This document shows positions 51,894-59,376 of a DNA stretch of 60,897 nucleotides, piece after piece (positions within the stretch are counted from its first letter, which is position 1; every line of letters starts with the position of its first letter). The notes below the pieces were generated by a model. It was not told the origin of the DNA, ran no database searches, and was given only the letters and a program-made list of their open reading frames with translations. Source of the stretch: an uncultured Gammaproteobacteria bacterium (GTDB lineage: Bacteria > Patescibacteriota > Patescibacteriia > UBA9570 > CAZNEH01). Made by a program: the position numbers and the translations under genes. Where the stretch lies: assembly GCA_964572175.1 (NCBI GenBank), contig CAZNEH010000003.1, positions 7,488 through 68,384 of the forward strand, read 5' to 3'.

Positions 51894-52901
51894 TTATTTG
51901 ATTATTTTTATTATACCCTTATCAGCATTAATTTCAACCTTGTCTCCGTCTTTGAGGGCTTGAGTGGCGATTTTAGTAGCGACGATGCAAGGTTTTTTTA
52001 GTTCGCGGGCGACGATAGCGGCGTGGCAAGTGATACCGCCTTCGTCTGTGATAATAGCTGCGGCGCGCTTCATGGCTGGTAAATAACGAGGATCGGTCAT
52101 AGAAGCGACTAGGATGTCCCCTTCTGTTATGTTTTTAGCTTGGTCAACTTTGGTTATTATTTTAACCGGGCCCTCTACTTTTCCAGGATAAGCAGATTGT
52201 CCTTTAATCTCTTTAATGTTTTTTACATCATCAAAAAAATGTTTGATTAATTCAGGATTATAAAATATTTCTTCGCCTTGACCACTGTGTTTTATGAGAA
52301 TAAATTTTTTTCTGGGTGAGATATCTGGTATTATGCCTGTTTTTAAAAAATTATTAAATTCATCAATGGTTAAATAAAAAAGAGTGTCTTTTTCTAAGTC
52401 TAATTCTTGTTCTACTTTTGGTAAAAGATTTCTTTCTAAGGTAAAGCATTGTTTATGAACGTTTTCATATTTTTTTCTGATAGTAAAAGCAAAATCGCGG
52501 ACGTCTTTATTTTGATGGTGTTCAGGGGCTTCGTAACCGATCATGATAATATTACTAAAATTAACAAAGTATTTAATTAATTCTTGTAGAGCATTTAAAT
52601 TATTTGAATGTTTTTTGTTATAGAATAATTCAAATTCTTTTTTCTTTTGACTATATTGAGATTCTATTTTTTTTAGTTTATTTAAATCTAGATGTTTGTA
52701 TAAATTTTCATGTCTTAAAAGAGCATCTTTTTTGGGCATGAAATGATAAAAAGTGTCTTCTTTAAGGATAAGGTAGAAAGGATTTGGGGAGCAGTTAAAG
52801 AATTTTTTGTTTTCATTAAAAAGTCCTTGAATAACAATAGAGGCTCCTAAAATGGAATAGTCCCTTTGGTGTTTTTCGTAGTCTAAGTCTTTATTTAACA
52901 T
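51894..52901 (-). CDS. swivel-domain protein 1: unknown N-terminal domain + PEP-utilising-enzyme mobile (phosphohistidine) domain
   Basis: 335 aa. C-terminus: GQSAYPGKVEGPVKII...GDILVASMTDP...TDEGGITCHAAIVARELKKPCIV...DGDKVEINADKGII. Confidence 0.85.
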   Translation of the reverse strand: MLNKDLDYEKHQRDYSILGASIVIQGLFNENKKFFNCSPNPFYLILKEDTFYHFMPKKDALLRHENLYKHLDLNKLKKIESQYSQKKKEFELFYNKKHSNNLNALQELIKYFVNFSNIIMIGYEAPEHHQNKDVRDFAFTIRKKYENVHKQCFTLERNLLPKVEQELDLEKDTLFYLTIDEFNNFLKTGIIPDISPRKKFILIKHSGQGEEIFYNPELIKHFFDDVKNIKEIKGQSAYPGKVEGPVKIITKVDQAKNITEGDILVASMTDPRYLPAMKRAAAIITDEGGITCHAAIVARELKKPCIVATKIATQALKDGDKVEINADKGIIKIIK

Positions 52902-52907
52902 GGTTTT

Positions 52908-52916
52908 ATTATATCA
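52908..52916 (-). promoter_or_regulatory. extended -10 promoter, leaderless, for 51894-52901
   Basis: Minus strand TGATATAAT. The ATG at 52901 is 6 nt after the -10. Confidence 0.5.
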
Positions 52917-52963
52917 CAAATGGTTTTTTTGCCTAATTTTAGCCTATTTAAGGGGGTTATATC

Positions 52964-52992
52964 TTGACAAGGGGGTGAAAGTGTGTTATCCT
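52964..52992 (+). promoter_or_regulatory. promoter of GC-rich cassette 6a
   Basis: TTGACA (52964-52969), 17 nt, TATCCT (52987-52992). Confidence 0.6.
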
Positions 52993-53075
52993 ACTATGAT
53001 CGTAGCGCAAGGCAAATTCAGCCTTAGCGGACGTGAATCGACACGCTCTTCCCCCACCCTCCACCAGGAGAAACG

Positions 53076-53744
53076 ATGAACCCTATCGTCAACACCCCCT
53101 CCCCGGCCTACATGGCCTTCCTGTCCCTCCTCATCAGCCAGACCATCCAGTCCGGCAACCGCATCGTCGTGACCGTGTGCCACGGTGACAAGCGCAAGCG
53201 TGAGAGCGATGGCGTCGAGGAGCTCACCGAGCTCGGTCACGCCCAGGGCGGCGTGGACGCCATGTTCATCAAGAGCGTCGTGCCCCAGGGCATCAAGCTC
53301 GAGATCCTCTGGTCCGGCCATCACCGGACGGATCAGATGGCCAAGATCCACGCGGGCGTCTTCCCCGAGGCCGAGGTCATCAAGGACGAGGAGCTGGACT
53401 TCGTGCCCGCCTACGAGGCTCACCTGGATGGTGATCTCGACAAGTTCAAGGCCGAGGTCGCGGCGATCAACAGCGCCGGCGGCACGGTGGGCAATGCCCG
53501 GATCCTCGCGGCCAAGCACGAGATCTCCGGCTACGCCTCCCAGATGACCGATGACGTGTCTGGCTGGGTGACGAAGCAGCGGGCCCAGATCGTCCTCGGC
53601 ATGGGGCACCGCTGCTGGGCCAACGGCGCGGCTCACCACGACACGCCCTTCATGCCGAACGTGGGCGACATGTACTTCCACCTGGTCTCCGCCGATGGCG
53701 AGATCATGGACGTGATCTACGTGCCCTGCCCGCTCTCGGCCTAG
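53076..53744 (+). CDS. GC-rich cassette: divergent histidine-phosphatase-superfamily-like protein (CHG in place of RHG)
   Basis: 222 aa with AGGAG 5 nt before the ATG. Blocks align by eye to the PGAM/SixA-type pattern: IVVTVCHGDK...LTELGHAQ (RHG...LT..G..QA), ILWSGHHRTDQMA (SS..RA.QTA) and QIVLGMGHRCW (late His). Confidence 0.45.
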   Translation: MNPIVNTPSPAYMAFLSLLISQTIQSGNRIVVTVCHGDKRKRESDGVEELTELGHAQGGVDAMFIKSVVPQGIKLEILWSGHHRTDQMAKIHAGVFPEAEVIKDEELDFVPAYEAHLDGDLDKFKAEVAAINSAGGTVGNARILAAKHEISGYASQMTDDVSGWVTKQRAQIVLGMGHRCWANGAAHHDTPFMPNVGDMYFHLVSADGEIMDVIYVPCPLSA

Positions 53745-53766
53745 CGACGACGGCCTCACGGCCAAG

Positions 53767-53819
53767 CCCCCTCCTCTTCATTCCCTCACGGGAGTGCGGA
53801 GGACGGGGCGCTTTTTTTT
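53767..53819 (+). terminator. terminator of cassette 6a
   Basis: CCCCCTCCTC...GAGGACGGGG stem (9 of 10 paired) followed by CGC and T8. Confidence 0.6.
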
Positions 53820-53888
53820 GACCGAGATAAACTCGGTCACAACAGCACAAATTAAAAAAGTACTGTTGTGATCTAGCTTGTCTAGATC
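53820..53888 (+). repeat. triple-hairpin intergenic repeat, full copy inside GC-rich patch 6
   Basis: Same arms as 51818-51884; the middle loop differs (cacaaattaaaaaagta) and the middle stem is one bp shorter. It lies exactly between the 6a terminator and the 6b promoter. Confidence 0.85.
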
Positions 53889-53898
53889 ATCAACTAGG

Positions 53899-53927
53899 TT
53901 GACAAGCACGGTGAAATGCGGTTAGAT
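53899..53927 (+). promoter_or_regulatory. promoter of GC-rich cassette 6b
   Basis: TTGACA (53899-53904), 17 nt, TTAGAT (53922-53927). Confidence 0.6.
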
Positions 53928-53963
53928 AAAAGGGAATTCAAGCGTCCGAAGGAGGGTAAGAAA

Positions 53964-54890
53964 ATGAGTGTGATTCCGTTCAGTGAGACTGTGGCTACGC
54001 GTTTGGCTGGTGGTGAGCATCTGATGATCCTGGTGCAGCCGGGCGAGAGGGTCGATGGCAAGCTGACCAACATCGGAATGCGGAGAAGTCGGTGGGCGGC
54101 CGAAGTTCTCAAGGGATTGATACCTGATCGGTTGGTGCCTCAGGTATTCTATGACCCCAGTGATCCAGTGGCTCGTTGTACGGCCGAGGTCATCGTCGAG
54201 GGCACTGACGGGCATCTGATGGGTACGCACAGCTCTCTGGATTCTGGAGGCTTGCCCCAGAATACGACCGAATGGGTTCAGAGCCCTCATCGTCAGTCTG
54301 GCACCGTGAACATCGGAGTGAGCGTCACGACCAAGGTTCTGGCTGGAGGTAAGCACGAGAACTTTGGTCCGGGATGCCTGATCTATTACTTCGTCTCCTC
54401 TGGGGGGAGGATCGTGAGCACGATCTACGGTTACCCCGGCCTGGAAGAAGAGCGTGCTGATCGTCGGCGAGAGGGTTACAACTCGGCTGAGAGCCATGTG
54501 GCTGTGGTCTTCATTCGTGACCTGGAAGCAGCCGTGGAGATGGTTGCTAACCCTAAGATCCATGGTCGGCTTCGAGAGTTGAGCTACCAGACCGTGAGGA
54601 TCTACGCCCCAGGACCTGCGATACTAGAGTTCATGGAGGCTGCAGATCAGTTCCACCGGCTCCTGGAGGATACTCGGATCGAGCTTGACACCAGGTTGAC
54701 TCACGCTGACTCGATGGACACGCCGATCCACCTGGCCTGGGGTATCGGTTGGAACCTGAAGCTGGGCCAGGCAGCAATTGTACTTGGTCAGTGGGAGTGG
54801 CGTTGGTTTGGTCCGAAGGTCAAGGCCGTGATCTATTTCATCGACCAGAAGACCCTGCGGGTCTGCGACCACGAGACTATCGAGGTCTAA
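53964..54890 (+). CDS. GC-rich cassette: 308-aa protein with a degenerate histidine-phosphatase-like N-terminal half (QPG in place of RHG)
   Basis: Start set at MSVIPFSETVAT (53964), 8 nt after GAAGGAGG. LMILVQPGERVDGKLTNIGMRRSRWAAEVL and VFYDPSDPVARCTAEVI follow the same spacing as the RHG...LT..G and S...RA.QTA blocks. The C-terminal half is of unknown function. Confidence 0.4.
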   Translation: MSVIPFSETVATRLAGGEHLMILVQPGERVDGKLTNIGMRRSRWAAEVLKGLIPDRLVPQVFYDPSDPVARCTAEVIVEGTDGHLMGTHSSLDSGGLPQNTTEWVQSPHRQSGTVNIGVSVTTKVLAGGKHENFGPGCLIYYFVSSGGRIVSTIYGYPGLEEERADRRREGYNSAESHVAVVFIRDLEAAVEMVANPKIHGRLRELSYQTVRIYAPGPAILEFMEAADQFHRLLEDTRIELDTRLTHADSMDTPIHLAWGIGWNLKLGQAAIVLGQWEWRWFGPKVKAVIYFIDQKTLRVCDHETIEV

Positions 54891-54908
54891 GCGGTGGAGG
54901 ACCGCTGT

Positions 54909-54953
54909 CAGCGCAAGGAGTTCTCTGCGGAGAGCTCTGAGCGCTGTTTTTTT
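54909..54953 (+). terminator. terminator of cassette 6b
   Basis: CAGCGC...GAGTTCTC-TGCG-GAGAGCTC...GCGCTG hairpin followed by T7. Confidence 0.6.
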
Positions 54954-54963
54954 CTGCTTTAAG

Positions 54964-54988
54964 ACCGCGGGTATGGGACCCCGCGGGT
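54964..54988. repeat. CCGCGGG hairpin repeat copy
   Basis: ACCGCGGGTATGGGACCCCGCGGGT, between cassette 6b and the stop of 55002-56021. Confidence 0.75.
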
Positions 54989-55001
54989 ATTGATAATAGG
55001 A

Positions 55002-56021
55002 TTATGAAGTATAAGATTGCTTAATGATTTTAACGATACCGTGGTTGGCTTTGACTTCTACGAGCATGCCGTCGCGAAGGACCTTGGTGGCTACTTGAGT
55101 GCCGATGACGCAGGGTTTTTTAAGCTCTCGGGCTAGGATGGCGGCGTGGCAAGTAATACCCCCTTCATTAGTAATAAAACCGGCTGATTTTTTCATTAAA
55201 CTTAAATATTCAGGACGAGTCATGCCAGTAACAAGAATGTCTCCTTGGTTAAAGTTTTTAACTTTACGAGGATTTAGAATTATTTTTACTCTACCTTTAA
55301 CCTTGCCCGGATAAGCAGTTTGCCCTTGAATAAGGTTTTTATTTTTTTTGGGCTGAAGCTGTTTTTCTATAGCCAAAGCTTTTTTACCAGAGAATATTTT
55401 AATTTGACCCTTTTCAACTACTACGGCACCGTTTTTATAACGAGCTTGGAGAATTTTTTTAGGCGGGAGCTGGCCGGTTTGCCAGTAATTATCAAGTTCT
55501 TCTGGAGTCATATTTAAAGCGTCGGGTGAGATTTGTTTGCCCATGACAACCATAAATTTTTCTATTTCAGTATAAACTGGCTCGGCGTATACTCTAGCCT
55601 CTTCTAATTTAGGTAAAAGTTTCTTTAGTTTTTGCGGAGACAGATAATCAGTGACGAATTTCATTCCCCGATGCGGACCGCCGTAGACATGCATTAGCTC
55701 AAGGAACTGATTAAATTTTTCCTGGTCTATTTTACGGCGTTTATTTTTTTTAATAAAATCTATGATTTCATCGCTAGCTTTGATAATATCTTTGCACCAC
55801 TTAAGATGATTTTGTTTGAGAAGGTATTTTCCTAAAGAGTCTTTGTCGGCTTTATCGTAATAACAAGTACTATGACCTTGATGTGAGACCATAATTGCTC
55901 TTTTAAGATTTTTGCCCAAATAGGGTTTTAGAAAAGTAATATATTCTTGTCCTAAGTAGCCGCAGGTTAAAATACTCCACTGGCCAGACCAATTTTTTTC
56001 CCAAGTTTTGTTTTTTATCAT
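55002..56021 (-). CDS. swivel-domain protein 2 (unknown N-terminal domain + PEP-utilising mobile domain)
   Basis: 339 aa. C-terminus: GQTAYPGKVKGRVKII...GDILVTGMTRPE...TNEGGITCHAAILARELKKPCVIGT. The N-terminal region is related to that of 51894-52901. Confidence 0.85.
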   Translation of the reverse strand: MIKNKTWEKNWSGQWSILTCGYLGQEYITFLKPYLGKNLKRAIMVSHQGHSTCYYDKADKDSLGKYLLKQNHLKWCKDIIKASDEIIDFIKKNKRRKIDQEKFNQFLELMHVYGGPHRGMKFVTDYLSPQKLKKLLPKLEEARVYAEPVYTEIEKFMVVMGKQISPDALNMTPEELDNYWQTGQLPPKKILQARYKNGAVVVEKGQIKIFSGKKALAIEKQLQPKKNKNLIQGQTAYPGKVKGRVKIILNPRKVKNFNQGDILVTGMTRPEYLSLMKKSAGFITNEGGITCHAAILARELKKPCVIGTQVATKVLRDGMLVEVKANHGIVKIIKQSYTS

Positions 56022-57415
56022 AGCTTTGTAATAATTCCTTTAGTAGCGTCCACCTCAACTAAGTCCCCGTCTTTTAGGCTGGACAAGGCGGATTGGACGC
56101 CGACGATGCAGGGTTTTTTAAGCTCTCGAGAAACAATGGCGGCATGAGAAGTGACTCCACCCTCAGCGCTGACGATAGCTCCGGCAATTTTCATCAAGGG
56201 GACGAATTCCGGGCGGGTGTTAGGGGCGACTAGGATGTCCCCAGGTTCTAGTTTTTTAAAGTCTTTACGGCCCTTGATTATTTTTACCTTTCCTCTAACT
56301 ATTCCAGGATAAGCAGTACCTCCTTGAAGTTTATTTTTTTTATTTATACTATCTTGAACGCTTTGTTGCATTTTGTTTCCCCTTTTTCCAGAATAAGCCT
56401 TGTACTTAAAAACATCTTTGTTAAAAATATAAAAAGCTCCTAAGTACCTATTTTCGGCTTCAGTTAAAAGACTTTGCTTCGGTTTGTTGAAAATATTTTC
56501 TATTTCCCAGTAAAAGAAGTTTTCAATTGTTTTTAAAGGAAGGCCAGTTCTAATGCTGAATTGCTGAGCAATTTTTTTAAGGGATTCGGCAGACATTTGC
56601 TGATATGATTTACGAGCGTCTCTAAAATTACTAAGTAAAGCCAGGAGTTCGATGGTGGTTATCAATTCCGAAGAGAGTTTATATTTTTGGTATACTTTTT
56701 TCTTTTGCTGTTTTAAATTATTAAAGGTATTTTTTAATTTTTGAATTTCTTTTTTATCTAAGGACTTAAGTCTTTTTGAAAAATATTCTTTGGTTAGCGG
56801 CTTTATGGTAGCATAATCATTATGCATCCAATAATATTTTTGTTGGTGTTGGTCTAGATTTTTGGTAGTACTTAGATCCATTTCTTCTTGTTGAATAAAA
56901 GATGGTTCAGGAGGAGTGAGGATTGTTTCTAGATCTTTCTCATTAATATTTTTACTTTCTTTGTTTAGTTTTTTCTGTAAAATTATTTCCCCATAATAAT
57001 CAAAATTGTCTAAAAAGATTGAATTAGTCCAAACCTGAAGATAGATTTTATTAAATTCTTTAAATAATTTTAATAATTCTTCGTTAGTGTATTTAGAAAG
57101 ATTGGCTTCTAATATTTTAGAAACTATTTTTAAATAGGGTTTTATGTACTTGGTCTGCCAATTAGAATATAATTTAGGAATAAATTTTTTATCTTTTAAT
57201 TGCCGTTGGTAATAATATTGAGCACATTTTTTAAGCCCTCTTTTAGAAAGGTAAGCGTACATGAAATTGTCTTTTAAATAAACAACAATTTCGTATTGTA
57301 AAGGAGTTTGGCGATTATTTATTTTATAATTAAAGCAACTATGCAAAGGATAAGAAATATAAAAAGGTTTTACATCCGCAGCTTGTTGGTACCAGTTTAT
57401 TTTTTTTATATTCAT
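56018..57415 (-). CDS. swivel-domain protein 3 (long N-terminal domain + PEP-utilising mobile domain)
   Basis: 465 aa. C-terminus: GGTAYPGIVRGKVKII...GDILVAPNTRPE...SAEGGVTSHAAIVSRELKKPCIVG. The N-terminal block HQQKYYWMHNDYA is shared with 57459-58802. Confidence 0.85.
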   Translation of the reverse strand: MNIKKINWYQQAADVKPFYISYPLHSCFNYKINNRQTPLQYEIVVYLKDNFMYAYLSKRGLKKCAQYYYQRQLKDKKFIPKLYSNWQTKYIKPYLKIVSKILEANLSKYTNEELLKLFKEFNKIYLQVWTNSIFLDNFDYYGEIILQKKLNKESKNINEKDLETILTPPEPSFIQQEEMDLSTTKNLDQHQQKYYWMHNDYATIKPLTKEYFSKRLKSLDKKEIQKLKNTFNNLKQQKKKVYQKYKLSSELITTIELLALLSNFRDARKSYQQMSAESLKKIAQQFSIRTGLPLKTIENFFYWEIENIFNKPKQSLLTEAENRYLGAFYIFNKDVFKYKAYSGKRGNKMQQSVQDSINKKNKLQGGTAYPGIVRGKVKIIKGRKDFKKLEPGDILVAPNTRPEFVPLMKIAGAIVSAEGGVTSHAAIVSRELKKPCIVGVQSALSSLKDGDLVEVDATKGIITKL

Positions 57416-57427
57416 ATATTCTCTAGT

Positions 57428-57451
57428 GCCGCGGGTGCAGGGCCCCGCGGC
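57428..57451. repeat. CCGCGGG hairpin repeat copy
   Basis: GCCGCGGGTGCAGGGCCCCGCGGC, between two swivel-domain genes. Confidence 0.75.
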
Positions 57452-57458
57452 TATATAT

Positions 57459-58802
57459 TTAATGTAATTTTTTTACTATTCCTTTCTCTGTGTCTACCTC
57501 CACTAAATCTCCGTCTTTCAAGATTTTTGTAGCGATGCGGGTAGAAACAATGCAAGGTATATTTAATTCGCGGGAAACAATGGCAGCGTGGCAGGTCATT
57601 CCTCCTTCGTCAGTGATTAAAGCGCTGGCTTTTTTAATAGCCATGATATAGTCTGGGCTAGTCATAGAAGCGACTAAAATTTCTCCCCTTTTTAATTTAC
57701 TTACTTGCTTAGGTGAGGTTAATATTTTTACCCTACCCCTTATTTTAGGACCTTGGCTAACAACAGTGCCTTTTAACCGCTTTGTTTTAGGGTTTATTTT
57801 TTGTTCTAAGTAAGGCTTAATCGCTTGCTTAGCTTTTTGTCCGGATAGATAGTGAAGTTTATTTGTTTTTTCATCAAAGTAAAAGAAAGTATGAGCGAGG
57901 CGTTTTTTGATTTCAGAAGTTTTTACTTTTTTGTTTTTAGTAACTAAGTCTAGAACTTTTTGGCAATTGTAGTAACAAGCGTGTTCGTATGGAATGGGCA
58001 GTTGTTTTAAAAATAGATCAATATAATGATTGGCTAAAAAGATATAAAATTTACGGTAGTCTTGCCACCAAATAGAAAAACTTAACACATCAGCCAGGTC
58101 TTTTATTTCTTTTGATAAGTTATATTTTTTGGCTATTTGTTTTTTATTTATTCTGGGCCTGGAAATTGGTTTTAATTTTTTCTTTCTCTTGGCGAAATAA
58201 CTAACTGGCAGGACTCGAGTGTGGTGATAGCTGTTCAAGAGACAGAAATATTTTTGCTGGTGTTTTTTTAGGTCTTTGGTCTTAGATAGATCTAGTTCTT
58301 CTTGTTGGTAAAAAGAAAGTTTTTCTGGAGCTGAGAGGCGCTCAAATACGTGAACAAAATCTGTGCTCGGTACAGCTTTAGCTAGTTTTTGTTTTAGAAG
58401 TTCTTCCATTCCCCAATTAGCTAGTTCTGGTAGTAAAACAATGCCCCAGAATTTAAGATAAGCCTCATGCCACTCGGGATATAGCTCTAAGGCGTTTTGC
58501 TTGGTGATCTTAGCTTGGATCTTTAAAAGATCCTGCAAGTCTTTTTTCCAGAGTTTAAAGTATTTCAGGGAGTCTTTTTTTAGGTATTTTTGGTAATTTT
58601 TTATACCGGCGTTAATTAATTCTTCGCGGTCTACAATAAACATGACTTTTTCGTCATGCCAATACCCTATTGAATTTGGCCAGGGGTAAAATTTTTGATT
58701 AAAGTAAGAAAATCCTAAATTAAAATAGTCTGGGTAAATTAGCTTACCGTCAATTGGCCCCCATTTAAAAAGTTCTTTTTTAGGATTGATTTTTACCTGC
58801 AT
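57459..58802 (-). CDS. swivel-domain protein 4
   Basis: 447 aa. C-terminus: RGRVKILTSP...GEILVASMTSPD...TDEGGMTCHAAIVSRELNIPCIVST. Confidence 0.85.
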   Translation of the reverse strand: MQVKINPKKELFKWGPIDGKLIYPDYFNLGFSYFNQKFYPWPNSIGYWHDEKVMFIVDREELINAGIKNYQKYLKKDSLKYFKLWKKDLQDLLKIQAKITKQNALELYPEWHEAYLKFWGIVLLPELANWGMEELLKQKLAKAVPSTDFVHVFERLSAPEKLSFYQQEELDLSKTKDLKKHQQKYFCLLNSYHHTRVLPVSYFAKRKKKLKPISRPRINKKQIAKKYNLSKEIKDLADVLSFSIWWQDYRKFYIFLANHYIDLFLKQLPIPYEHACYYNCQKVLDLVTKNKKVKTSEIKKRLAHTFFYFDEKTNKLHYLSGQKAKQAIKPYLEQKINPKTKRLKGTVVSQGPKIRGRVKILTSPKQVSKLKRGEILVASMTSPDYIMAIKKASALITDEGGMTCHAAIVSRELNIPCIVSTRIATKILKDGDLVEVDTEKGIVKKLH

Positions 58803-59376
58803 CTTTCTTTAATTTTTCAAGATTATTTAAAGCCAGTTCCCTAAATTCATCAAAGAAAAAATTGTTTGTTAGCTTTTCTAGCATAACAAGTAATTTGTCT
58901 AAGTTTTTGTATTTATCTTTAATGTTGTTTATGCGGGTTAAGGTGTATCGATCTAGAGAGTCAAAATCGTGGAATATTTTTTTCTGTTCAGTGTCGTAAT
59001 AATCTGCCCAATTTTTTATATCTAATTGATCAAAGTCGTGAATAGAAATAATTTCGACTATCTCGGCTGATTTTTTTGGGTTGTAATTTACTTGCTCTAA
59101 AATGTTTTTAGCGATTTTTGCGCCGCTAAGCATATGAACAAGTTTGCCGTTCACAAGCTTGTCTGGGCCAGTAACGTGCTTAAAATGCTCTGGAAGGATG
59201 GCAGAGTGGCCAATATCGTGCATAATAGCAGCGGGAATTAGTACTTCTAAATCTAGGTCTAATTCTCCTTGGTAATTTTCTAGAGATTTAACAGTTTCTT
59301 GGGCATGGGTATAGTCATCAGGACGACCTTTTTTTAGTAATGGCGTGGCTAATTTCCAGATTTGATCATAGTTCAT
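58780..59376 (-). CDS. HD-domain metal-dependent phosphohydrolase
   Basis: 198 aa with H...HD (THAQETVKSL...AAIMHDIGHS) and later H/D residues (HMLSGAKIA, ISIHDFD). It is embedded in the swivel array with overlapping stops and starts. Confidence 0.75.
   Translation of the reverse strand: MNYDQIWKLATPLLKKGRPDDYTHAQETVKSLENYQGELDLDLEVLIPAAIMHDIGHSAILPEHFKHVTGPDKLVNGKLVHMLSGAKIAKNILEQVNYNPKKSAEIVEIISIHDFDQLDIKNWADYYDTEQKKIFHDFDSLDRYTLTRINNIKDKYKNLDKLLVMLEKLTNNFFFDEFRELALNNLEKLKKDAGKNQS

Noticed and set aside
52986-54940. Alternative ORFs in patch 6: 52986-53765 (-), 53185-53547 (+), 53894-54112 (-), 53922-54563 (-), 54624-54872 (-) and 54749-54940 (+).
   Set aside because: The same argument applies. 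They are antisense or off-frame ORFs in GC-rich sequence without initiation signals. The two chosen plus-strand ORFs each have a TTGACA promoter, an SD and a terminator.
2182-54953. GC-rich patches as assembly chimeras or contaminant insertions.
   Set aside because: I consider this unlikely but cannot exclude it from sequence alone. The six short patches begin and end precisely at terminator and promoter elements. They carry promoters of the type seen at native genes and never interrupt a native ORF. One contains a native-type repeat (53820-53888). Read mapping is needed.
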